The translations under genes were made by a program, and so were the position numbers. A DNA stretch of 64,000 nucleotides from a virus. Taxonomy: Duplodnaviria; Caudoviricetes. Below the pieces are notes generated by a model. It did not search any database and was not told where the DNA came from. It worked only from the letters and a program-made list of their open reading frames with translations. The DNA lies in the IMG/VR virus record IMGVR_UViG_3300027282_000088, positions 18,420 to 82,419 of that record; one strand, 5' to 3'. Positions within the stretch are counted from its first letter, which is position 1. Each line of letters starts with the position of its first letter. This document shows, in pieces, positions 17,904 to 25,489 of the stretch.

Positions 17904-19009
17904 AGCTCGCCATCCACCACGCCAGCCCCATCCCGGATACCTACCGCGCCGCCCGGGTCTCCAGCCTCTTCAACGTCGAGGGCGACGCGGATTTCCGCAT
18001 CGAGGTCGAGGCCGATCTGGCAGCACAGCCCTGGCAGATAGGCCTCATCGTCGGCCCCTCTGGCAGCGGGAAATCCTCGCTCGCCCGCGAAGCCTTCGGA
18101 GCGGAGCTTGACCCGCGCCCGTGGCCCGAGGGCGCGCTGATCGACGCGATTGACCCCGAGGGCGAATTCGACGCCGTCGCGGCCGCCCTCTCCGCCGTGG
18201 GCCTCGGCACGGTGCCCAGCTGGCTGCGCCCCTATCCCCACCTCTCCACCGGCGAGCAGTTCCGGGCCGAGCTCGCGCGCATTCTGGCCGAGCGGCCGAG
18301 CTTTGCCATTCTCGACGAGTTCACCTCGACCATTGACCGGCGCGTGGCCCAGATCGGGGCGGCAGCCTTTGCCAAGGCATGGCGGCGGGGCTCTGGCCAG
18401 TTCGTCGCCGTCACCTGTCACGAGGACGTCGTGTCCTGGTTGCAGCCCGATTGGGTGATCGACACCCGCCGGGCCGAGTTTCGCTGGAGGCGTCTTCGAC
18501 GGGCACCCCGCATTGCCATGGACATTCACCAGACAGACGGCTCCTTCTGGCCCGCCTTTGAGCCGCATCACTACCTGAAGCTGCCCCGCATGATCGCGGC
18601 CAATTACTACGTGGGCTTCGTCGACGGCGCACCGGTGGCGCATCTGGCCGTCTCGACCCGGCCGGGGCTGGTCGAAGGCCGCGCCTGCCGCCTTGTCGTC
18701 ATGCCTGAGTGGCAGGGCGCGGGGCTGGGGCTGCGCTTTCTCAACGAGGTTTGCGCGCTCTGGCGGCGCGGCGTGAACCGCTACGACAAACCGATGCCGA
18801 TGCTGTTTCACACCTCGCATCCCGGCCTCGCCGCCGCCCTGCGCCGCGATCCCCTCTGGGCACAGGTTTCGGCCATCCTCTATGCCGAGGCCAAGGAACG
18901 CAGCATGAAGACCCTCGCCGCCGCCCGGGCACGCAAAGGCCTCAAACCCGCCGGGAGCGGCTACGGCGGGCATTTCCGCGCGGTGCAGGGCTTTCGGTAT
19001 GTCGAGTGA
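17900..19009 (+). CDS. ABC-type ATPase fused to a GNAT acetyltransferase
   Basis: Walker A GPSGSGKS, signature LSTGEQ, Walker B ILDEF, H-loop TCHED; GNAT motif A RLVVMPEWQGAGLG; no permease nearby. Confidence 0.85.
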   Translation: MKLAIHHASPIPDTYRAARVSSLFNVEGDADFRIEVEADLAAQPWQIGLIVGPSGSGKSSLAREAFGAELDPRPWPEGALIDAIDPEGEFDAVAAALSAVGLGTVPSWLRPYPHLSTGEQFRAELARILAERPSFAILDEFTSTIDRRVAQIGAAAFAKAWRRGSGQFVAVTCHEDVVSWLQPDWVIDTRRAEFRWRRLRRAPRIAMDIHQTDGSFWPAFEPHHYLKLPRMIAANYYVGFVDGAPVAHLAVSTRPGLVEGRACRLVVMPEWQGAGLGLRFLNEVCALWRRGVNRYDKPMPMLFHTSHPGLAAALRRDPLWAQVSAILYAEAKERSMKTLAAARARKGLKPAGSGYGGHFRAVQGFRYVE

Positions 19010-19033
19010 GGGGGGTGTTAAAGGGGCGTTGAA
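19010..19033 (-). repeat. tandem 12 bp motif
   Basis: Reverse complement ttcaacgcccct-ttaacacccccc immediately after the ABC-GNAT stop. Confidence 0.7.
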
Positions 19034-19336
19034 ACAGCCCCTCATGTTCCTTCCCAATGATCGGTGTCAGGCGGTAGCCGATCGAGATCAAACTCCCAGC
19101 TAGCCGACGCAGCACGAGCAGGAAGGGCGGAAAGCGGAAGTTCGCTATGGGTGCGAGGCCTGAAAACCATAGTTTCTAGGCGGATATTCATTTGGCCAAT
19201 CTCTTATGCCTTCGTGTTGGGCCAGCGATTGGCCCTCGACTTGGACTTGATGAGCAATCAGTCGCGACGTTTTTCTGATGTGCAACGGTCAAATTTGGTT
19301 TAGGGTCCCCCGAAAAGGCAGCGGCGAATTCGACCA

Positions 19337-20233
19337 ATGTACACAGATAGAACTCGCGACCACCACAAGGATGCGGCGATTGCTCGCCTTTTTTCGGCCG
19401 GCGTTGTTAGAGAACTTGCTGAAAAAGGCAGCTCTGCCAAGTTTAGCTCGTTGGTAAATCAAGCTGAACTATTCGAACTTCAAGAAGTTCGCACCGTCGG
19501 TGACGCGTTTGACTTTGGCTTCGCTCAATTACGCCGAAGTGGCCTCCGAAATGAATACATTTATCAGTCGGCTATAGTTCAAAACGTGCTCTTAGGTAAA
19601 CATTCCCTGAAAACAGCCAGTATGGTGAGAGAGTTTCGAACTGGAGCTAGCAGAGCGGATGTTGTCATATTGAACGGCACATCTACAGTCTATGAGGTTA
19701 AATCCGAACGTGACAGTCTCCAGAGACTTGAGAAACAACTAGAAGACTACGCCGATATATTTGCTCGTACGTATGTAATTGCTTCAGAACGTCACATCAA
19801 CGCGATAAAAGAGCTCGCGCCGCTTCACGTAGGCGTTATGTATCTGAAAAGATGGAATAGCATAAGCACAGTTAGAGAAGCCGTCGATCGGCCAGACGAA
19901 GTTAAACCACTCAGCATTCTGGGGGCTCTTCGAAGAACTGAGGCAATTCGTATTCTCAAACACATAGGCAAGCCTGTACCTTCCGTGCCAAACACTCAGA
20001 TGTTTAGCGCGCTTTCAGAACTCTACGAACGCCTTGATCCAAGAGAAGTCCATGACGCAATGGTTCAGGTGCTCAGGCAGAGCCGAACACAACATTCTTT
20101 CCAGAGACTCGTCGAAGATCTACCTTTATCGTTGCATGCCGCCGCATTGATGTACAACTTAAGGCTAAGTGACGGGGCAAAACTGGTGCAAGCCATTAAA
20201 ACTCCAATCGAACAATCAATATTTTGGAGTTAG
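19337..20233 (+). CDS. sce7726-family protein (PD-(D/E)xK nuclease-like)
   Basis: EF..G.SRADVV.LNGTSTVYEVKSERD.L.RL..QL..Y motif; lower GC than the phage genes. Confidence 0.75.
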   Translation: MYTDRTRDHHKDAAIARLFSAGVVRELAEKGSSAKFSSLVNQAELFELQEVRTVGDAFDFGFAQLRRSGLRNEYIYQSAIVQNVLLGKHSLKTASMVREFRTGASRADVVILNGTSTVYEVKSERDSLQRLEKQLEDYADIFARTYVIASERHINAIKELAPLHVGVMYLKRWNSISTVREAVDRPDEVKPLSILGALRRTEAIRILKHIGKPVPSVPNTQMFSALSELYERLDPREVHDAMVQVLRQSRTQHSFQRLVEDLPLSLHAAALMYNLRLSDGAKLVQAIKTPIEQSIFWS

Positions 20234-20241
20234 GATGTTAA

Positions 20242-21189
20242 ATGTACTTTCCATACTTTCGCGGTAAGCAATTTGAGCTCATCACTATTCGAGATACCGC
20301 AGAATTGCTGGCGAAGGCTGGTTTCATACCCATAATTGAACCCGTAAAAGAAGCACTGAAGGGGTTGACCCGTGCGCTTGACGCGGTTTGTGAAAGCGGT
20401 GGGCATGCGATCGTAATAGTGAATCCTCAACATGGAAGCTTAGCTGGAAATGGAGCCGCAATATCGACTTTTCTCAAGGAAGGCTATCTTGAGACCGACA
20501 ACGTAAGCGCTGGCATCTTATTGACGGATACGATGACGGTAATAGATGCCATGACGCTTTTTGAAGCTCATACAAATCATAGGCCGTATTTTATTCACTC
20601 GGGCTTTCTGCAGGAAAACGGCCTCGCAGAAAAACTTGGGGACGAGCTCAGTCATACACGACATGTCTTCATCGAACAGGCTAGCCCTGTATTATACCGA
20701 AAGAAGTTCAGCAGTGCTTCTCGAGTGCTGCTTCGGGATGGATTCAACAAACAGCGGAATGCTAGTTATCCTGCTGTTGAGCTTTTTTCAGATTTGCATG
20801 TAACATTTAATTCCGAGTTGGGTTTGAATGGTTTTGGAGACTTCCTAACTGTCGGGGATGACTATAGTGAGACAGGTGGACCTGCTTATGCCGTCGCCAT
20901 TCACATGACGTTCATTGATCCAGACAAAGACGATCAGATGTACGTGCGCCATTTTGTGTCAGATTCAAATAGCACTCCAACGGATCCTGCTGGAAAGTTC
21001 GCAGAAGCGCTCTCTAAGCTGGTCACGAAGTTCAATCACGGAACATCAAACCTGTTTCATGGTAAGGCTTTATCTGAGTTCCTAGAGTTGCATGCAAAAC
21101 AACACTTTCCAGGGCTGGGTCAGGTTAAAAAACTTTCGATGATCCATCACATTGAGACACTGGCAGACTATTTTTCTGAGGCGAATTGA
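20242..21189 (+). CDS. sce7725-family protein (Beta-protein-like)
   Basis: MYFPYFRGKQFEL start, GFGDFLTVGDDY...GGPAYAVAIH, FPGLG..KKLSM.HH motifs; paired with sce7726. Confidence 0.75.
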   Translation: MYFPYFRGKQFELITIRDTAELLAKAGFIPIIEPVKEALKGLTRALDAVCESGGHAIVIVNPQHGSLAGNGAAISTFLKEGYLETDNVSAGILLTDTMTVIDAMTLFEAHTNHRPYFIHSGFLQENGLAEKLGDELSHTRHVFIEQASPVLYRKKFSSASRVLLRDGFNKQRNASYPAVELFSDLHVTFNSELGLNGFGDFLTVGDDYSETGGPAYAVAIHMTFIDPDKDDQMYVRHFVSDSNSTPTDPAGKFAEALSKLVTKFNHGTSNLFHGKALSEFLELHAKQHFPGLGQVKKLSMIHHIETLADYFSEAN

Positions 21190-22253
21190 TGCCAAATAAA
21201 TGCTGCCCAAACTGTTTTGGGGACCGTGGACTCGAAAAACACCTGTTTCAATTTCTGGCTACAGAATTGGCGAAAGGGGATTGTAATTATTGCGGAGACC
21301 CTTCGGACAAACTTGTTGAACCGTCGGAGCTTTCTGATGTTTTTGAGCTGCTAGTCGAATCTTATGAAGAAGCTGAAGGCGGTGTAAGTCTTGTGGCAAA
21401 CTTCAAAAAGGACTGGGGGCTTTTCTCTCATGCCAAAATGGACGAAGCACACGCCAAAGAACTACTTTCCGATATTTTAGATGATGGAGAGATCGTTCGA
21501 AAGTCGTTTAGACCCTTGACCGCGCCGGATGACTCTAAGGTCGGTGATTGGCTTGAACTTCGTCAAGAACTTCGCTTCAAGAATAGGTATTTTCTAGACG
21601 AAAAAATTAAGGAAGAACGGTTGAAGCTTTTGCTCGAGTTCTTGCTTTCAGCACCGCTAGAAAAGATCTGGTTTCGAGCCAGGATCTCGCCTGATAATCA
21701 GCCTTTCGATGCCCAATCGATGGGAGCGCCACCAAAAGGTTCCGCTTCCCACGGAAGAGCCAACCCCGCAGGCATTCCGTATCTCTATCTTGCATCTGAT
21801 GAGAACACAGCGATTTCGGAAATACGCCCTCATACGGGTGAATTCGCGACCGTTGCAGAATTTGAGCTGCGTGAAGGACTTACAATCGTCGATTTACGAT
21901 CACCTAAGACACTCGTCTCTCCTTTTATCTGTGGATCTTCCGATGAGATTGTTCAGCTTAGGGCAGACTTGCCGTTCCTAGAAAGTCTGGGCCACGAACT
22001 CACTCGTCCGGTGCTGCCCCGCAGCGCCGCAACTGACTACGTTCCAAGTCAATATCTCTGCGAGTTTATAAAGAAAAAAGGATTTGACGGTGTACTTTAT
22101 ACGAGTTCTGTGGGGACGGGAAAGAACTTGGCCCTCTTCGATACCGAAGCGGCAAATTGCATACGAGTATCCGTTTTTAGTGTCGCTAGCGTTGCAGTCA
22201 CCGCTCATGAGTTTCGCACACAGGTTCGCCCGTTGGAGCGCGTTGAAAATTAG
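21189..22253 (+). CDS. RES-domain protein with N-terminal Zn-ribbon (NAD+-consuming toxin fold)
   Basis: CPNC...CNYC; FRAR, GRANP.GIPYLYLA...TA.SE.RP, Y.PSQYLCE.IK..GFDGV.Y.SS. Confidence 0.85.
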   Translation: MPNKCCPNCFGDRGLEKHLFQFLATELAKGDCNYCGDPSDKLVEPSELSDVFELLVESYEEAEGGVSLVANFKKDWGLFSHAKMDEAHAKELLSDILDDGEIVRKSFRPLTAPDDSKVGDWLELRQELRFKNRYFLDEKIKEERLKLLLEFLLSAPLEKIWFRARISPDNQPFDAQSMGAPPKGSASHGRANPAGIPYLYLASDENTAISEIRPHTGEFATVAEFELREGLTIVDLRSPKTLVSPFICGSSDEIVQLRADLPFLESLGHELTRPVLPRSAATDYVPSQYLCEFIKKKGFDGVLYTSSVGTGKNLALFDTEAANCIRVSVFSVASVAVTAHEFRTQVRPLERVEN

Positions 22254-22395
22254 AAATAGATCTGGGGCGCGATAGGCTCGGTTTTACACTCTCGGCGAAT
22301 GTCCGGTGTGACGTTCCGGGTCGCAGCATCTGGGTTGATCGACGAACGGTCGCTTTGGGCCGGACGTCACAGTCACCAATTTCTAAAAACCCCGT

Positions 22396-22583
22396 TGCTG
22401 TAAACTTCACTGTAATTCACTGCAAACTTCGCTGTCACGCTACAACAGTTGTAGGGTTACACTCTAGTTTACAGTCATGCCGGAAGACCCAGAATGAGGC
22501 GGGATGAAGCCGGATAGGTCAATGAAATAAGGCATATTTCTGCGCGGACGCGGGGCTGCGGTTGGCATGGGTGAAGTTTGCAG
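22396..22583 (+). repeat. putative left end with transposase-binding sites
   Basis: TG at 22396; CTGTAAACTTCAC (22398) and CTGCAAACTTCGC (22420) 22 bp apart; inverted copies at 22466-22474 (partial) and 22571-22583. Confidence 0.55.
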
Positions 22584-22697
22584 TAAAGTGCGAGAAGCGG
22601 GCGAAAACGGCGATGTTGGCGTTTTCGGGGCCACTGCGAACTGCGAAGCGCAAAATGTGCGAAACCCTATTGAAATATGGTTCAAACGGCTCTGAGA

Positions 22698-22720
22698 GGG
22701 GTGTTTAAGGGGGCATTTAA
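22698..22720 (-). repeat. tandem 11-12 bp motif
   Basis: Reverse complement ttaaatgccccc-ttaaacacccc. Confidence 0.7.
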
Positions 22721-22771
22721 CGGCCCCCGGCACGTCCGGAACTGGGACCAAGTCCGCCCAGTTCTAATTTG

Positions 22772-22856
22772 CCGTCCCACTTCCATGTTTCCGCTAATGA
22801 AATCAAATACATAGAGATTTCTGAAGTAGGATAAACGGAGAATAGAAGTGGGACGG
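22772..22856. repeat. 12 bp inverted repeat flanking an AT-rich IHF-like site
   Basis: CCGTCCCACTTC (22772) ... GAAGTGGGACGG (22845); AATCAAATACATA at 22801. Confidence 0.6.
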
Positions 22857-22893
22857 TTTTTCTAGGCCTAAGGAACGCTAAAAGGTAGGTTCT

Positions 22894-23271
22894 TCAACGC
22901 GCATGAAGCTCACCGCGTTCACACGACCCGGCCCAGTCTGACGCAAATCCGTCGATCACTTCACGATAGACATCAGTTGGCATCGTGCCTCCCTTAACCA
23001 TTATGGGGCGGCCATAGGCATCGCGGATAATCCGTTCATAAACTGAACGCTGCGACGCAGTACGAAAAACACTTGGGCTGGTGTATTCTTGTAAAGTCTC
23101 TTCGAGAGACACCAGCCCGTACTGGCTACTACCGATTGCAACGCGGGCCACGAGAAATACAAGTTGGCAGTCGCCCTCATAGTCTTGATGGCTAACTTGC
23201 GCCGACGCAGAGTACGGGGCGGCGGCCACAAACATCGCCGTAAGAGCGGCACGGCATAGAAGCGTTCGCAC
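22894..23271 (-). CDS. secreted/periplasmic hypothetical protein
   Basis: GGAGG RBS plus GTG 23271; signal peptide RTLLCRAALTAMFVAAAPYSASA|Q; downstream of the repressor. Confidence 0.65.
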   Translation of the reverse strand: MRTLLCRAALTAMFVAAAPYSASAQVSHQDYEGDCQLVFLVARVAIGSSQYGLVSLEETLQEYTSPSVFRTASQRSVYERIIRDAYGRPIMVKGGTMPTDVYREVIDGFASDWAGSCERGELHAR

Positions 23272-23344
23272 GTTGAAACCTCCAAGTTTATCGTTGTGGC
23301 CTACCACGCATGTGCCGGTCAGGCAATGTCGCCCAGGATACGAC

Positions 23345-23815
23345 TTAGGGATCAACGGAATTGTGCAGGCGGGTTTTAAGCAGTTGCCGGATGTCCGGCA
23401 GCAGAGCCTCTAGCTCGTCGCCGTCCTCGGGATTTTCCATGCGCGAGAGCAGCTCGTTGTAGAACCATACGCCTTCCTTAAAATGCGTATCGCTAGGAAG
23501 GTCGAGGCCGAGATCGGCGTAGACCTTGCGGACTTCCGTTCCGCAGATCATCAGGATCATCGGATCGAGGCGCGCGCGCGTTGGCGGTGGCGGTTCGGCG
23601 GCGACGGGGTCGCCTTCGCCATAGAGAATGTAATCGGCTCGCAGGCCAAAGCGCCCTTGCAGCCGGATCAGGAAGTTGCGCGACGGTTCGCTCCGTCCGG
23701 CTTCGATATCACCAATATATCCTTGGCTCACCTCCATCGTAGAACCAAGGGCGCGTTGGGACAGCCCCTGCTTCTTTCTCCAGAGCGCAAGCCTTTTACC
23801 GGGATCCGCTGACAT
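23345..23815 (-). CDS. prophage repressor (XRE HTH)
   Basis: RL..WRKK.GLSQRALG..MEVSQGYI.DIE.GRSEP; divergent from the early operon. Confidence 0.85.
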   Translation of the reverse strand: MSADPGKRLALWRKKQGLSQRALGSTMEVSQGYIGDIEAGRSEPSRNFLIRLQGRFGLRADYILYGEGDPVAAEPPPPTRARLDPMILMICGTEVRKVYADLGLDLPSDTHFKEGVWFYNELLSRMENPEDGDELEALLPDIRQLLKTRLHNSVDP

Positions 23816-23835
23816 TCTGATAAAACCTATTGACA

Positions 23836-23883
23836 TGAACGTATTTCACGTTCAAAACTAAGCTTGAACGTGAAATACGGTCA
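23836..23883. promoter_or_regulatory. two palindromic operators in the repressor/ner switch
   Basis: TGAACGT-N5-ACGTTCA (23836-23854) and TGAACGT-N5-ACGGTCA (23865-23883); TTGACA at 23830. Confidence 0.75.
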
Positions 23884-23910
23884 TTTTGTGACCTACTAGG
23901 GAAAAAGCAT

Positions 23911-24171
23911 ATGACAGAAAAAGTCACAACAATCCAGCCGGGACCCGTCTTCTATGACGTGTTCCTAGGGTATCTGCGGGTGATCGGCACCAACCTGAAG
24001 GATTGGTGCGTGCCGCATGGGGTGACGCCGACCAATGCCAAGAGCGCTGCCACCGGCGGATGGAACGGGACCAAGGCCCGCGCCCTGCGCCAAAAGATGC
24101 TTGACGAGGTGGGCGAGGAGACCTTTGCGCGGCTCTATGCCGACCGCATGCGGCGGGAGGACGCCGCATGA
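23911..24171 (+). CDS. Ner/Cro-like early regulator
   Basis: First early gene, divergent from the repressor; L+..G..L..WC..HG pattern. Confidence 0.6.
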   Translation: MTEKVTTIQPGPVFYDVFLGYLRVIGTNLKDWCVPHGVTPTNAKSAATGGWNGTKARALRQKMLDEVGEETFARLYADRMRREDAA

Positions 24172-24371
24172 GCGGTATCAAGCTAGGCCGTGGCATGCGT
24201 GGGCGACTACGCGAAGTGCGCGACCCCGAACGCAACCTTCCTCCGGGCAGCGGCCTTGCTATCGCTATGATGCTCGCGTTCGTCTTCTGGGCCGTGGTCG
24301 CTTTCGGCCTGTCCTATGGGGTGCTGAGCCGAGACGCCGCCCCTGAAACACCCCCTTCAACACAGGATTAA
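24168..24371 (+). CDS. small membrane protein
   Basis: One hydrophobic segment; ATGA coupling. Confidence 0.55.
   Translation: MSGIKLGRGMRGRLREVRDPERNLPPGSGLAIAMMLAFVFWAVVAFGLSYGVLSRDAAPETPPSTQD
24344..24363 (+). repeat. tandem 12 bp motif (inside the ORF end)
   Basis: tgaaacaccccc-ttcaacac. Confidence 0.5.
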
Positions 24372-24375
24372 TGCG

Positions 24376-24603
24376 ATGCGGATTTCCGATCTGATCCCCG
24401 ACGCGGGCCAGTTGCAGGCCGAGATCGCGGCCATCCCGCAAGTGCAGCGTGTGGCGCTGGCCTTGCAGCTGGTACGCGACATCGACGAGCCCTGCTGTGC
24501 GCTGCCGTTGATGCGCCTGAGCCGCTTGGCAGAGGATCATCACCTGTCGATCCGCAAGGAAGCGTTCATGCGGGAAAATGACCTGCGGAGGGTGCATCGT
24601 TGA
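24376..24603 (+). CDS. hypothetical protein
   Basis: Early-operon ORF, coupled. Confidence 0.55.
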   Translation: MRISDLIPDAGQLQAEIAAIPQVQRVALALQLVRDIDEPCCALPLMRLSRLAEDHHLSIRKEAFMRENDLRRVHR

Positions 24604-24788
24604 AACCCCTGTTCAAACCCGTTTCCAAGATCCGCGCGCGTGCTGGCCTGTGCGCTGCGCGGTACCTGCGCCCCGGCTGTGCCCAGTCTGCTTGCTCCGG
24701 CCGGGGTGCTTTTTCTGTCATCGGCGATGTGGTGGGAGTGCTGGCGCTGTTCGTCCTGCTCTTCGGCGTCGCGTGCTTTGGAGGGTGA
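24600..24788 (+). CDS. small membrane protein
   Basis: C-terminal hydrophobic helix; overlapping start. Confidence 0.45.
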   Translation: MKPLFKPVSKIRARAGLCAARYLRPGCAQSACSGRGAFSVIGDVVGVLALFVLLFGVACFGG

Positions 24789-24792
24789 TCGC

Positions 24793-25056
24793 ATGAGCCT
24801 GCATGTTCAAAAAACGGGCCGCGGCTACGCCGTTTTCGACGGCAAGGAGCGCGTGTCCGGCACGTTCAGCAACCGCGATATCGCCCTGCGCGCCCAAGAC
24901 CGGATGGACGTCGAGGCGGTTAAGTCACAGCACGCCCGCAACCGTCCTTGCCTCACCTGCGGCACCGAGTTCTGGTCGACGGGGCTGGGGCACCGCATGT
25001 GTGGCAACTGCCGTTCCGGTTGCGCCGGGCTCGATGCTCAGATGCTGGGCTGCTGA
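24793..25056 (+). CDS. small zinc-finger protein
   Basis: R.CL.CG.EF.S.G.GHRMC..C motif. Confidence 0.65.
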   Translation: MSLHVQKTGRGYAVFDGKERVSGTFSNRDIALRAQDRMDVEAVKSQHARNRPCLTCGTEFWSTGLGHRMCGNCRSGCAGLDAQMLGC

Positions 25057-25280
25057 TGCACCACGCGCCGCTCACCTCGCCCCGCCTGCAACGGGTTCTG
25101 GCCGTCCTCAAGGACGGTCGCCCGCATACCACGCGCGAGATCGTGCGCCGGGCGCATGTGGTGGCGGTGAACAGTTGCATTTCTGAACTGCGCGCGAACG
25201 GGGCGGAAATCCTCTGCACCCGCGAACGGAAAGGCGACCGGCTGATCTGCCGGTACACAATGACGAAGGCCCCAGAATGA
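25056..25280 (+). CDS. small winged-HTH protein
   Basis: RLQRVL.VLKDGRPHTTREI...A.V.AVNSCISELR. Confidence 0.65.
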   Translation: MHHAPLTSPRLQRVLAVLKDGRPHTTREIVRRAHVVAVNSCISELRANGAEILCTRERKGDRLICRYTMTKAPE

Positions 25281-25489
25281 CCAAAACAGACAAATTGCAC
25301 AAATTTGACAATCTCGCTCAGCTTGCCTTGGAAAAGGCCAATGCGATCAGGTTCGTTGCGCGCCAGCTGGCGAACGGGGACCCCTTGTACATGGCCCTCC
25401 CAGACGTGCCGGTTTTCCTGATCAAGAGCGATATCGAAGCGCTTAAGGGGATACTAGAGGCCCTCGAAAAGGCGCTCGACAATGAGTGA
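25277..25489 (+). CDS. hypothetical protein
   Basis: Coupled ORF. Confidence 0.55.
   Translation: MTKTDKLHKFDNLAQLALEKANAIRFVARQLANGDPLYMALPDVPVFLIKSDIEALKGILEALEKALDNE

Larger units (their letters stand above)
1..19033 (+). mobile_element. Mu-like transposable prophage A (partial: head, siphovirus-type tail, com operon)
   Basis: Mu gene order F-G-I-capsid-neck-tail-com; no sheath or baseplate wedge genes; the left part lies outside the window. Confidence 0.9.

Noticed and set aside
17900-19009. Annotation as an ABC transporter subunit
   Set aside because: No permease or binding-protein genes nearby; the C-terminal half is a GNAT and the gene occupies the mom slot.
19064-19303. 79-aa ORF before sce7726, and ORF 22464-22751
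   Set aside because: No RBS or motifs; they cover regulatory or end sequences.
19034-19336. Right end (attR) of prophage A
   Set aside because: Only a weak GAAGTTCGC similarity; no paired transposase sites ending in CA.
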